Below are positions 20,309-29,855 of a DNA stretch of 64,000 nt, in pieces. The DNA comes from an uncultured Trueperaceae bacterium. Lineage in GTDB: Bacteria > Deinococcota > Deinococci > Deinococcales > Trueperaceae. The position numbers were made by a program, and so were the translations under genes. Below the pieces are notes generated by a model. The model did no database searches, had not been told where the DNA came from, and was given only the letters and a program-made list of their open reading frames with translations. The stretch spans positions 128,001-192,000 of the forward strand of contig CAWCXJ010000005.1 of the NCBI GenBank assembly GCA_963799485.1, given 5' to 3'. Position 1 is the stretch's first letter. The number at the start of each line of letters is the position of its first letter.

Positions 20309-20333
20309 CCGAAACAGCCACCAAAGGAGTTTT

Positions 20334-21170
20334 ATGACAACAGCGACGAAGCCCCAACCCGGTGAACCTAAAGCGTTCGATTTCAAGCAGGCGTCGGTGC
20401 GAACCGACCCGGTAGGCGATGAACAGTCCGTCGTGAGTATTCACGACTTCAGCCTCTGGTACGGCGACTTTCGGGCACTTCACAACATTTCGCTCAACGT
20501 CCCGAAAAATCAAGTGACGGCTTTGATCGGCGCGTCGGGTTGCGGTAAATCGACGCTGCTGAGAAGCATCAACCGCATGAACGACCTTATCCCGACGGTT
20601 AAAACGGAGGGTACGGTTACTTATGAAGGCGTCGACCTCTACGACCGCGCCGTCGATCCGGTCGAGGTGCGTCGCCGCGTCGGGATGGTTTTTCAAAAGC
20701 CCAACCCGTTCCCCAAATCGGTTTTCGATAACGTCGCCTTCGGCCCCCGGCTCAACGCGTACAAGGGCGACCTGAACGCGCTCGTCGAGAAATCTTTACG
20801 GCGCGCGGCCTTGTGGGAAGAGGTCAAGGACAAGCTCAAAGGCTCCGGTTTGGGACTCTCGGGCGGTCAGCAGCAGCGTCTTTGTATCGCCCGGGCGATG
20901 GCGACCGAACCCGACATCATCTTGATGGACGAACCGACCTCGGCGTTAGACCCGATGTCCACGGACAAGATTGAACAGCTGATTCACGAGATTAAAAAGG
21001 AATACACGGTTATCATCGTGACGCACAACATGCAGCAGGCAGGGCGCGTTTCCGACCGGACGGCGTTTATGCACCTCGGCGTGTTGATCGAAGAGGGGCC
21101 GACCGACCAGATTTTCACGAACCCCAAACACGAGATGACCGAGCGCTACGTCGAGGGACGGTTCGGTTAG
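20334..21170 (+). CDS. pstB: Phosphate ABC transporter ATP-binding protein
   Basis: [48 protein letters not shown] before ATG 20334. Confidence 0.96.
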   Translation: MTTATKPQPGEPKAFDFKQASVRTDPVGDEQSVVSIHDFSLWYGDFRALHNISLNVPKNQVTALIGASGCGKSTLLRSINRMNDLIPTVKTEGTVTYEGVDLYDRAVDPVEVRRRVGMVFQKPNPFPKSVFDNVAFGPRLNAYKGDLNALVEKSLRRAALWEEVKDKLKGSGLGLSGGQQQRLCIARAMATEPDIILMDEPTSALDPMSTDKIEQLIHEIKKEYTVIIVTHNMQQAGRVSDRTAFMHLGVLIEEGPTDQIFTNPKHEMTERYVEGRFG

Positions 21171-21328
21171 GCTGACTGAACCATCTTCGGCAGGTGTGCT
21201 GAAGCCTGACGAAGCGAGGCTCGAGCAACCCTTCAAGTATGTGTCGGCGCTGAAGACCCATTTTCGAGCGCAACTACCAAACCGGCTGCAAAATCAACTG
21301 CAAAACCAACACCAGAGATTGCCCCGAA

Positions 21329-22066
21329 CTATTCGCCGGCTTTCTCCTGCAAAACGGGCCGCTGTGAACGAAAATTGAGCTGTAGCGAGTGCAGCGTGTA
21401 ATAAACCGGGTAGACCAGCGACACATAAAGGAGCCCCGTCCTGAGCGCGCCTTGCTCGAGCAGCAGCGCCGCCAGACAGAGCAAACTCCACACCGAACCC
21501 AGCGCGACGTGCAGCGTGCGTCCGCGCGGCAAACGGCTCACGTATAAAAAGCGCACCGGTACGAAAACCAGTAGCGACAAGCTTAAAATCAGCAGGGTAT
21601 TAAACAGCGGCGGTGTTTGCAGCAGATAAAGGTAAAATACGACGATGCCCCAGTACGACGGAAACCCGACGAAAAAGCCCGCGTCGGCGAGTTTGGCGGT
21701 CGTGCGGGAAAAACCGAAGGCCGAAGAGAACATCGCAAACGCCGCAATCAGTACGGCGGGCGGCACCAGCAGTTTGGCTTGCAACAAGAGCAGCATCGGC
21801 AGAACCACATAGCTCGTAAAGTCGATGATGTTGTCGAGCAGTCCACCGTCGATGGCGGCGGCGGTCTCTTTAACGCGGTATTTGCGCGCCAGCGCGCCGT
21901 CGGTCGCGTCGATGACCATCGTTACGGCAATCGCGCCGAGCGCCCAGCGAAACGTTCCTTCTAGCAGCCACTGCACCGCCAAGGCCACAAAAAAAAGCGT
22001 CGAAGCGGTGTAGATGTGAACAAGGTAGCCCTGAACGGTTTCCTGAATGGTGTCTCGGCTCGGCAT
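21329..22066 (-). CDS. CDP-alcohol phosphatidyltransferase, phosphatidylcholine synthase (Pcs)-like
   Basis: VHIYTAS, DATDGALAR...G..LDNIIDF CDP-alcohol motif, FVGFPSYW; multiple TM helices. Confidence 0.8.
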   Translation of the reverse strand: MPSRDTIQETVQGYLVHIYTASTLFFVALAVQWLLEGTFRWALGAIAVTMVIDATDGALARKYRVKETAAAIDGGLLDNIIDFTSYVVLPMLLLLQAKLLVPPAVLIAAFAMFSSAFGFSRTTAKLADAGFFVGFPSYWGIVVFYLYLLQTPPLFNTLLILSLSLLVFVPVRFLYVSRLPRGRTLHVALGSVWSLLCLAALLLEQGALRTGLLYVSLVYPVYYTLHSLQLNFRSQRPVLQEKAGE

Positions 22067-22225
22067 TACAGAGAGCGTAGCACGTTACCCGTAAAAACCC
22101 GGTGTAGTCTCTCGAACAAGGTCAAGTAAATCGGTCATGCAAGTTGGCAGGGGAGCTGAGAATAAAGAACGCTTTGATTTTTCCCTGGCACTCTGTTTTC
22201 TACTTCTCCCAACGCTACGCCGCCG

Positions 22226-22268
22226 GTTCTCACTGTCTTAAGTTCTCACTATCTTAAACTCTCACTGT
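22226..22268. repeat. 16-bp tandem repeat, about 2.7 copies
   Basis: GTTCTCACTGTCTTAA / GTTCTCACTATCTTAA / ACTCTCACTGTC. Confidence 0.7.
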
Positions 22269-22579
22269 CCTGTCGGGCAGCTTCGGGTTCAGTCCTTAAA
22301 CCGTCTCGAGACGCTCATCAAACCGCTGCCGGCCAAAATAACGACGCCGACTACCACCCACGGCGTCGGAACACCGAGCAGGTCGGCCCCGAGCGCAAGG
22401 CCCAAAATCAGCAAACAGTAACCGAGGAGATATAAAAGCGTTTGGGACACCCTCTACTTTACGGCATTCGGGATAGCCTCGGCCTGAGGTTTTGCACGGT
22501 TTTCGTGAAGCCGGCTTCACCGGATTTGTGGCGCAGCTTGCCTGAAAAGGGGCTCGAGGGGATGCTACGATAAGCTATC

Positions 22580-23434
22580 TTGATCGCCGTTATCGCCGAC
22601 ATCCACGCGAATATTCAGGCTTTAGAAGCCGTCTTAGCAGATATCGCCGAGGTGGGTGCGGGCGAGATTGTCGTCAACGGCGACCTGGTAAACCGTGGGC
22701 CGAACAACGCCGCCGTCGTCGAGCGTATCTTCAACCTCGGCAACGTCAGCGCCGTTACCTTGGGCAACCACGACGACCTGATGTGCAAGTGGATCGACCA
22801 CGACCCCGATATTCCCGCGCTCTGGTTTGAAGACGCCTTCTGGTACGGGATGGCGTGGCCCGCAGCGCAGCTCGCTCAAAAGGGCGCTTTGGAACCCTTA
22901 CGGACGCTCCCGATGACCTACCGGGACGCCAGGCCGGGGCTGCCCCGGCTGCTCTTTTCACACGGTTCCCCGCGTCACTACCGTGAGGGCTACGCGAGTT
23001 ACTTGGACGACAGTGTATTGGGGGAAATCGTCGCACACTATCCCGCCGATATCCTCATCGGGTCGCATACCCACCGGCCTTACGAGCATCGTTATGGTGA
23101 GCACCTTATCTTAAATACCGGCGCAGTCGGAACACCCTTTAACGGCGACCCGCGCGCGCAGTATCTGCTACTCCACCCGAAAAACAGGTTCTGGCACCCT
23201 GAATTTAGAGCGGTACCTTACGACCGCACGGCGGCTCTCGGCGCGTTCGAAACGTCGGGCTACTTGGAGGCAGGGGGCCTAAGTGCCCGTATTTTTTACG
23301 AAGAGTTGCGGCTGGCGCGGCCCCTGTATATGAACTTTTGGGAGTGGACGGAGACGCAGGAGCGGCCCAAAGACTGGGAGAGCTGGGACGTTTTCAAGGA
23401 GCGCTACGCCGAGCGGTTTCAAGGGGTCGTCTAG
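22580..23434 (+). CDS. Calcineurin-like metallophosphoesterase
   Basis: DIHAN, GDLV, GNHD, HGSP, SHTH, NTGAVG motifs; TTG start. Confidence 0.9.
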   Translation: MIAVIADIHANIQALEAVLADIAEVGAGEIVVNGDLVNRGPNNAAVVERIFNLGNVSAVTLGNHDDLMCKWIDHDPDIPALWFEDAFWYGMAWPAAQLAQKGALEPLRTLPMTYRDARPGLPRLLFSHGSPRHYREGYASYLDDSVLGEIVAHYPADILIGSHTHRPYEHRYGEHLILNTGAVGTPFNGDPRAQYLLLHPKNRFWHPEFRAVPYDRTAALGAFETSGYLEAGGLSARIFYEELRLARPLYMNFWEWTETQERPKDWESWDVFKERYAERFQGVV

Positions 23435-23512
23435 CTTGCCCGCACCTTTAATGACATGCACCAACGACAAACGCCGAACCTAAACCGTCCGGCGTTTACA
23501 AATTGGTTTGGT

Positions 23513-23749
23513 CTAGACGCCCGACAAATCGTAATTTTTCTGAATAAACGACTCCCATTCGCTCGGTACGTCTTCTTCGGGAAAGATGGCGTTGACCGGG
23601 CAGGCCGGGACGCACGCGCCGCAGTCGATACACTCGTCGGGGTGGATATAGAACTGGTCGGCGGCTTCGTAGATGCACTCGACGGGACACACATCGACGC
23701 ACGACTGATCTTTGACGCCGATGCACGGTTCGGTGATGATATGGGGCAC
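23513..23749 (-). CDS. 7Fe-type ferredoxin
   Basis: C..VKDQSCVDVCPVECI and CIDCGACVPACPV; AGGAGG RBS. Confidence 0.95.
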   Translation of the reverse strand: MPHIITEPCIGVKDQSCVDVCPVECIYEAADQFYIHPDECIDCGACVPACPVNAIFPEEDVPSEWESFIQKNYDLSGV

Positions 23750-23831
23750 GGTTTTCCTCCTAAATTAAGTAGCGACGCTTCTCTGGCGAGGGGATGAAAG
23801 ACTCGAGCAAAACGCTCGGAAAGATCTTTGT

Positions 23832-24305
23832 TCAGGCGGCGGCAGGCTCCGCGCCTACCCCTTTATTATGCGCGGCACGCGCAGAACGCGCAACCCCTAT
23901 GAGGAAAACAGTGATGAGCGTAAACGCGGTGAGCGCAAGCAACGAAATGGTGATGAAGCCGCGCCAGTTGATGTATTCCTGAGAGCAGGGAACACCTGCG
24001 CGGCAGATACTCGGGGGGCGAAACCCCGGTACTTTTTGCTCGAGGTAGTAAAACGTCGAAACACCCATACCCGAGATTGAGAGCGGCAACGCGTAACCGA
24101 CGATGCTGCGGTCTTGGCGGCACGAGGCGATCCCCCAAAAAATTACGCGTGGGTACATCAGAATGCGCTGATAACAGCAGAGCGTACACGGAACAAAGAG
24201 CCGCGCCTCGCTAAAATACAAACTTCCGGCAGTTGCGACGATGGCAAGCAGCCACGCCGCGTAAAGTCCAAACCCGTGAAAAAAGCTAGTTGGCCTGCGC
24301 GTTTT
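23832..24305 (-). pseudogene. BdbC/DsbB-like disulfide bond formation protein, probably decaying
   Basis: LYAAWLLAIVATAGSLYFSE..PCTLCCYQRILMYP...C...PCS...FITI. No ATG, GTG or TTG lies upstream of the first TM helix, and several usually conserved residues are substituted. Confidence 0.65.
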
Positions 24306-24350
24306 CGACGGCAGCTTGAATGGCGCCGAGCCGAAAACTCTCGAGCCTCT

Positions 24351-24575
24351 CTAGAGCGCGTTTTGTGTATTAAGCGACGCGTTGTAGCCTTCAGCTTCGA
24401 CCGCTTGTAACATCGTCTGCACGTCGGCGGCCCCTTCGACAGTCGCCTCACCTGCTTGCAGGTCGACCTGCGCTTTTTCGACGCCGGGGGTACGCTCGAG
24501 CGCCTCTCTGACCGCCTTGACGCAGTGGTCGCAGGTCATGCCCTCGACGTTGAGCCGGGTTTGATAATGAGCCAT
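24351..24575 (-). CDS. CopZ-family heavy-metal chaperone (HMA domain)
   Basis: VEGMTCDHC...AVEAEGY; AAGGAG RBS. Confidence 0.92.
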   Translation of the reverse strand: MAHYQTRLNVEGMTCDHCVKAVREALERTPGVEKAQVDLQAGEATVEGAADVQTMLQAVEAEGYNASLNTQNAL

Positions 24576-24608
24576 TGCTATCTCCTTTGTATTGCCTGTA
24601 TTGCCCAA

Positions 24609-24637
24609 ATTCTAGCTTGAGGGCACAGGCCCGTCAA
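24609..24637 (-). promoter_or_regulatory. Sigma70-type promoter of the CopZ gene with an overlapping inverted repeat
   Basis: Minus strand TTGACG-N17-TAGAAT; the imperfect palindrome TTGAGGGC-ACAG-GCCCGTCAA spans the -35 and spacer. Confidence 0.65.
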
Positions 24638-25010
24638 CGGTGCACGTTACGGTTCACGTGGTTTTTACGGGATTTTCCCGCGCTACTGACGCTTCTATCT
24701 CCAGGTAAAGTGCCACAGGTCAAGCGTAAAACCGCAAACGGACGCCTTCAGCTGATACGGAAAGCTGTGCAGCACGTCCTTTCCCGAATCGGTACAACAG
24801 GGTTTTACAGACCGTTTTACCCCGCAAAAAGGTTTGTGTAGAGGCTCGAGCGTACCGGGTGTGACCGGCATTTCGCCAACCGAGGTGGTTTTGCTTGAAA
24901 TGTAAGCTAGGGCGCTAGACAGCTAAAAAAGGCGGGCGTAGCGTACCGGGGGGTAAAGGCTCGGGACTAGGGGCCGACTACGCTCAAAAACCTGATTCTG
25001 AGGGGGGATT

Positions 25011-25853
25011 ATGGAATTTGCAGGTGGGTTCGTTCCGGTTGCAGGTCAAGTCGGGTTGTTGTCGATGGTGGCCTACTACTGCATCTTCGCGGCGGTGTTC
25101 GCCTTGGGCGCGGCCTTTGTGTTCTTTCTGGCGGCTGAAAAGCGCGTTGCCCCTGAACACCGTTCGGAAATGATCTTATCCGCGCTTATCGTCGGGGTGG
25201 CAGCGGTTTCGTACTACCTGATACGTGGTTTTTTCCAAGACGCGCTGCGCAGTGTCGCCAACGCGCAAGACCCGGCGGCGCAGCGACGGCTTATCCAGAA
25301 CGCGTACCTCGCTGTCGGTCAGTACCGCTACGTAGACTGGCTGATCACGACGCCGCTACTTTTGCTTAAAACCGTCTTGGTTTTAGAGGCCAAACCGCGC
25401 AAACTGTGGGGGGCGCTGACGATCTTGCTCCTCGCCGACGTGTTTATGGTCGTTACCGGTTACATCGGTGAGCAGCAGTTCTCCGCCAACGGTAGCGTAG
25501 ACGTTCAGGGACGACTCTTCTGGGGTTTTATCGCGACGATCGGCTACGTCATCATCCCCATCACCCTGCTCTACATCTACCGGCGGTTCAAAGCGGGCGC
25601 GCATCCTTGGGAGCGCCGGGCGTTTAAGATTTTGGCGTTTGCGACCGTTACGACCTGGGGCGTTTACCCGCTCGGCTACCTCGTCCCGGCGCTCTGGCCG
25701 CAACTGTCTTACAACTGGATCAACATCGTGTTTAGTATCGCAGATGTGCTTAACAAAGTTGGCGCAGGCGTCGTAATCTATATCGGCGCAGCGAGGGTTC
25801 TAGAAGACCGGGTACCCAAAGACGCGACCCGGCAGGCTCGAGAGGTCGCCTAA
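25011..25853 (+). CDS. Microbial (type 1) rhodopsin, DTK motif
   Basis: Seven hydrophobic helices; helix C RYVDWLITTPLLLLK; helix F WGVYP; helix G ADVLNK (Schiff-base Lys249); GAGGGG RBS. Confidence 0.95.
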   Translation: MEFAGGFVPVAGQVGLLSMVAYYCIFAAVFALGAAFVFFLAAEKRVAPEHRSEMILSALIVGVAAVSYYLIRGFFQDALRSVANAQDPAAQRRLIQNAYLAVGQYRYVDWLITTPLLLLKTVLVLEAKPRKLWGALTILLLADVFMVVTGYIGEQQFSANGSVDVQGRLFWGFIATIGYVIIPITLLYIYRRFKAGAHPWERRAFKILAFATVTTWGVYPLGYLVPALWPQLSYNWINIVFSIADVLNKVGAGVVIYIGAARVLEDRVPKDATRQAREVA

Positions 25854-25975
25854 AAAGCCTACGGTCTCCTGCTTGCTGTGGATTAAGTTTCAGTAGAAGT
25901 CCCAAACCGGTGTGCAGAGATTATCGCAGACAAAACCCGCAGTACGTACGACTGCGGGTTTTGTCTGCCGCTTTT

Positions 25976-26698
25976 CTAATCGCTGGATTCATCCAAAAAC
26001 TGTTGCAGCTTGGCTTTGTCGACTGCAATCGGCGCGCGGCGGCGGCGCACTGCGCCGTACTCCAAAAGCCGCGCCAAACAGTGCGAAACGGTCTCACGCG
26101 TCGCGCCGATCATCTTCGACAGGTCTTGCTGCGTCAAGTTGAGGTCGATAATTGTGCCGCGGTCGCCCTCTTTACCGAAATCGTGCGCGAGGCGCAAGAG
26201 CAAGTTGGCTAAGCGTCCGGGGGCGTCGAACGCCCCGACCTCGGCAAAACGCGTTTGGGCTTGCCAGAGGTTGGTGGACATCACCTGGATAAACTTCATG
26301 GCGATTTTAGGTTGCTGGGTAATGAGGCGCTGAAAATCGTCTTCGGGCAAGACGATAAGGGTCGTGTCCATCACGGCTTCGGCCTGGTTCGGGCGGCGTT
26401 CGGACGGGAGCAGCAGCAGCTCACCGAAGGCGTCGTATTTGCCGAACAGCGCCAGGATCATCTCTTTGCCGTTGGGAAAATACATCGAGATTTTGACCAT
26501 GCCTTCGCGGATAAAGTAGAGCGCGTCGGCGGGGTCTTCCATGTGGTAGATCACCTCTCCGGCCTTAAAGCGTTTGTAGGGGGTGATGCGCGAGAGGCTC
26601 TCGAGTTCTTCTTCGGAGAGGTCTTCGAACAGTTGGGTGTTCTTCAGGTGCCACACGAGGCTGGGATACTCTTGCATCATGAAGTCAGTGTAACGCAC
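25976..26698 (-). CDS. Crp/Fnr-family transcriptional regulator
   Basis: cNMP-binding fold (FGE...R) and C-terminal HTH LTQQDLSKMIGATRETVS; exact start uncertain. Confidence 0.92.
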   Translation of the reverse strand: MRYTDFMMQEYPSLVWHLKNTQLFEDLSEEELESLSRITPYKRFKAGEVIYHMEDPADALYFIREGMVKISMYFPNGKEMILALFGKYDAFGELLLLPSERRPNQAEAVMDTTLIVLPEDDFQRLITQQPKIAMKFIQVMSTNLWQAQTRFAEVGAFDAPGRLANLLLRLAHDFGKEGDRGTIIDLNLTQQDLSKMIGATRETVSHCLARLLEYGAVRRRRAPIAVDKAKLQQFLDESSD

Positions 26699-26790
26699 CG
26701 CCTGTTTATTCTCTTCACATTCCTCACGTGACGAATCTTACTTCTAGGTGTGCAGCGTTAAAGCACGTCCAACACCCGACAAAGCGGCTT

Positions 26791-27141
26791 TCATGGTTCA
26801 TCCTCAGCGCTCAGCTGCGCGCCGCACGCGTCCCACTCGTCGGCGCTGCCCGCTTCACGGTAAAAGGGCAACCCCCGCAGATAGCCCGAGCGGGCGATCA
26901 TATAGGCTGACAGCGGCGCGGTCAAAAAGAAAAAAGCAGTGATGAGGACGATTCTCGAGACCGCCAGTGGCGTCCCGAAACGGAGCGCCGCCGCGATAAA
27001 AATCCCTATCCCGCCGAGTGTAACGAGCTTGGTCGAGGCGTGCAACCGGGTGTAAAAGTCGGGAAAACGGAACACACCGATAGCGGCTGCCAAGATAAAA
27101 AAGCTGCCGAAGAGCAAGAACAGGTCGCTGACGAGCTTCAT
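26791..27141 (-). CDS. mrpG: Mrp Na+/H+ antiporter subunit G
   Basis: RFPDFYTRLHASTK, LTAP; start at MKLVSD overlaps the mrpF stop. Confidence 0.9.
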   Translation of the reverse strand: MKLVSDLFLLFGSFFILAAAIGVFRFPDFYTRLHASTKLVTLGGIGIFIAAALRFGTPLAVSRIVLITAFFFLTAPLSAYMIARSGYLRGLPFYREAGSADEWDACGAQLSAEDEP

Positions 27142-27395
27142 TTGAGTACCTGGCGTAAAAGCAAATAACGGGTCAGCGCCACCGTTGTCAAAAAACCCAG
27201 GATCGACACGAGCAGCGCTACGTCGAGAAAGCTCTCGAACCCGGTGCGAATAGCCAAAACGACGATCAGAACGGCCAGGTTGACGGTTAAAAAATCGAAG
27301 GCGGTAACGCGGTCGCCCCACGACGGCCCCCGGACGACACGGTAGACGGCGAGTGCCACGGCAATAAGAAGACAGACAAGTGCGACGGTGGTCAT
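27138..27395 (-). CDS. mrpF: Mrp antiporter subunit F
   Basis: RVVRGPSWGDRVTAFD; three TM helices. Confidence 0.9.
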   Translation of the reverse strand: MTTVALVCLLIAVALAVYRVVRGPSWGDRVTAFDFLTVNLAVLIVVLAIRTGFESFLDVALLVSILGFLTTVALTRYLLLRQVLK

Positions 27396-27408
27396 CTAGC
27401 TTCCCTTC

Positions 27409-27873
27409 TCACTTCATAAACCCCAAAATGCGTGTTTCCATCTTTGTCACGCTCTCCCGCGCCTCGTCTACGTCCTTGATGTTGATGGCGTGGGCGTAGA
27501 GCAGCTTGCGGTCGGCCGAGACGCCCATCGCTACCGTTCCCGGCAAAAGCGTGATGGTCGCGCTCAGGAGCGAAATCGCGGCGTCGCTACGCAACCTGAG
27601 CGGTACGGCGATGATGTGCGGATAAAAGACCGGACGGCGGCGCAGTGCGAGGAGCGCAATCAGGATATTTGCCAGCAGCAGCTCCCAGAAAAACGCGCCC
27701 AGATAACGGATAAACGCCCCCAAACGACGCGCAAACGACTCGCCGCCGCCCCGCAACACACTCAACAAAAGTGCCGCCAGCAGGCCACCGACGATTAAAT
27801 TATAGGCGGTCAGCTCACCGACCAGAATAGGCCACAAAAGTGCAAAGAGAAACAAGATGAAGACTTGACTCAC
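27409..27873 (-). CDS. mrpE: Mrp antiporter subunit E
   Basis: ITLLPGT, LYAHAI. Confidence 0.9.
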   Translation of the reverse strand: MSQVFILFLFALLWPILVGELTAYNLIVGGLLAALLLSVLRGGGESFARRLGAFIRYLGAFFWELLLANILIALLALRRRPVFYPHIIAVPLRLRSDAAISLLSATITLLPGTVAMGVSADRKLLYAHAINIKDVDEARESVTKMETRILGFMK

Positions 27874-29417
27874 GGCACCCGCTCCGGTGCTGTCTCCTGT
27901 GCTGCTTTTACTGTTTCTTGCGGCAGAACCCTCGAGATATAAGCCTCAGGCGTTCTCAGCTGCGCCGCAACCCGCTCGGAAAGCGCGTAAACCGGGCCAC
28001 TCGCCACAGCGAGCAGTACGAGCAGCGAACCCGCGACCGCCGTAATCCGCCACATTCCTGTGGGCAACGCGACTTTATGAACGGCGTCCTCGTCCCCCCA
28101 GAAAAAGCCGCGCCAGACGGCGATACCGGCGTAAAGGAGGAGTAACCCGGCGGCAACGGCGACCGTTGCCACGCCGATGCGGAGTGCGCCGCCGGTTTCT
28201 AAAAGCGCCTGAATCAGGGCGAACTTGCCGATAAACCCGCTTGTCGGCGGGAGGCCGGCAAGGGCCAACGCCGCGACAAAATAGACCGCCCCTAAGAGCG
28301 GGTACGCGCCCAGGTGCCCCTCGGTGTGGTCGCCGAAGCGTTCCCCGGCGATGAGTTCAGCAAGTCCGGCGAGCAAAAAGAGGGTAAAAATCACCAGCAC
28401 CGAATGGACGAGGTAGTAGAGCGTCGGGGCCAGTGCGCCGCTCCCGATCCCCATCACCAGATACCCGACCGAGGCGATGTTGGCAAACGCCAGCAGGTGC
28501 CGCCAGCGGCGCTGCGCCACCGCGCCGAGCGCGCCGAACAAGATGGTCAGTCCGGCGAGCAGCAGGAGCGTGTTGCGTAAACCCGTCTCTGCGGGTGTCA
28601 GCAGCGTAAAAAGCCGCAAAAGCGCGTAAACCCCGACTTTGGTCAGCATGGCCCCGAAAAACGCCCCGACTGCACCCGGTACCACCGGGTAGCTGTACGG
28701 CAACCAGAACCCGAACGGGAAGGTGGCAGCTTTGGTGGCGAAGACGAGCGCTAACAGGGCGGCGACGAGCGTCACGCGGGTGTCGCCGGTGACACCCTGC
28801 AAACGCAACGCGATATCGGCAAAATTGAGCGTGCCGAAAAGGCCGTAGGCCAACCCCGCCGCGGCCACGAAGATGGCCGAGGCCACGAGGTTGACGACCA
28901 CGTACTTAAAGCCTTCGCGGAGTTGCGGCAAGGTGCCGCCGATCAGCAGCAGGCCATACGAGGCGATGAGCATCACCTCGAACGAGACGAACAGGTTAAA
29001 GAGGTCGCCGGTTAGAAACGACATGTTGACGCCCATAAACAAAAATTGTAACAGGGCCAGGGTGCCCAGCTTTTCGCGGAGGCCGTTAAGCAGCGGCGAC
29101 GCACCCCGGCGCGGCGCGCGCTTTAGGCTCGAGCCCGCATAAACTGTACTTAAAAGCCCGGTCACCCCCGAAAGCAGCAGCATAATCCCGGTGAGACCGT
29201 CGGCAACCAGGGTAATCCCGTAAGGCGCGGGCCAGCCGCCGAGCTGCGTGACGAGAATCTCACCGGAGAAGCTGAGAACGGCGAGCCAAAGAGACGCGAG
29301 CAGCGTCAGTAACGAGACGATAGCTGAAGCTAAGGCCCTAGCCTGCGGCGTCCTGAGCAGGAGCAGCAGTGCACCCCCGAAAAGGGGCAGCAGTACGGGT
29401 AGCGTCAGGGCGATCAT
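27870..29417 (-). CDS. mrpD: Mrp antiporter subunit D
   Basis: DLFNLFVSFEVML, KAATFPF.FWLP..Y, TKVGVY, GLPPTSGFIGK. Confidence 0.93.
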   Translation of the reverse strand: MIALTLPVLLPLFGGALLLLLRTPQARALASAIVSLLTLLASLWLAVLSFSGEILVTQLGGWPAPYGITLVADGLTGIMLLLSGVTGLLSTVYAGSSLKRAPRRGASPLLNGLREKLGTLALLQFLFMGVNMSFLTGDLFNLFVSFEVMLIASYGLLLIGGTLPQLREGFKYVVVNLVASAIFVAAAGLAYGLFGTLNFADIALRLQGVTGDTRVTLVAALLALVFATKAATFPFGFWLPYSYPVVPGAVGAFFGAMLTKVGVYALLRLFTLLTPAETGLRNTLLLLAGLTILFGALGAVAQRRWRHLLAFANIASVGYLVMGIGSGALAPTLYYLVHSVLVIFTLFLLAGLAELIAGERFGDHTEGHLGAYPLLGAVYFVAALALAGLPPTSGFIGKFALIQALLETGGALRIGVATVAVAAGLLLLYAGIAVWRGFFWGDEDAVHKVALPTGMWRITAVAGSLLVLLAVASGPVYALSERVAAQLRTPEAYISRVLPQETVKAAQETAPERVP

Positions 29418-29438
29418 AACGGTATTTTCATAATATTT

Positions 29439-29855
29439 TCATGCGCGTGAGTGCCGCGCGCCCTGAGTTTCCGGCGAGACCGACGGGTGTTCGGGATCGG
29501 CGTAAATACGTTGCGGCGTCGCCGGGTCGGGTTTTTCTAAAAGCTCTTGTACGTGGTCGGTACCGGTCGCCTGAAACGCGCGCATGGCGAGCACCAAAAG
29601 GAGGGAGGTGGTACCGAACCCAATGACGATGGCGGTCAGGATGAGCGCTTGCGGGAGCGGATCGACGTAGGGGCCTTTGAGATTTGTCAGCGGCGGGTCG
29701 CTGAGTCTGCCGCCGGCAACCAGCAAGATCGACAAGTTTGCACCGTAGGCGATCATCGACAACCCGATGATCAGGCGGATCATCGCCCGTGACAAGACCA
29801 GGAACACGCCGGTACCAACCAAAAGTGCTGCGAGTAGCGGCAAAAGCAGCTCCAT
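29439..29855 (-). CDS. mrpC: Mrp antiporter subunit C
   Basis: DPLPQALILTAIVIGF. Confidence 0.93.
   Translation of the reverse strand: MELLLPLLAALLVGTGVFLVLSRAMIRLIIGLSMIAYGANLSILLVAGGRLSDPPLTNLKGPYVDPLPQALILTAIVIGFGTTSLLLVLAMRAFQATGTDHVQELLEKPDPATPQRIYADPEHPSVSPETQGARHSRA

Noticed and set aside
20184..20333. Upstream extension of pstB, and similar extensions at 44860 and 27321
   Set aside because: They overlap upstream genes; downstream ATGs with an RBS or stop/start coupling fit better.
24351..24353. Programmed amber read-through (pyrrolysine-like) joining CopZ and BdbC
   Set aside because: No supporting machinery or signal is visible; gene decay is the simpler explanation.
24790..24822. 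CarH/LitR-like TACA repeats upstream of the rhodopsin
   Set aside because: Spacing is 12-13 bp rather than 11, so light regulation cannot be claimed.
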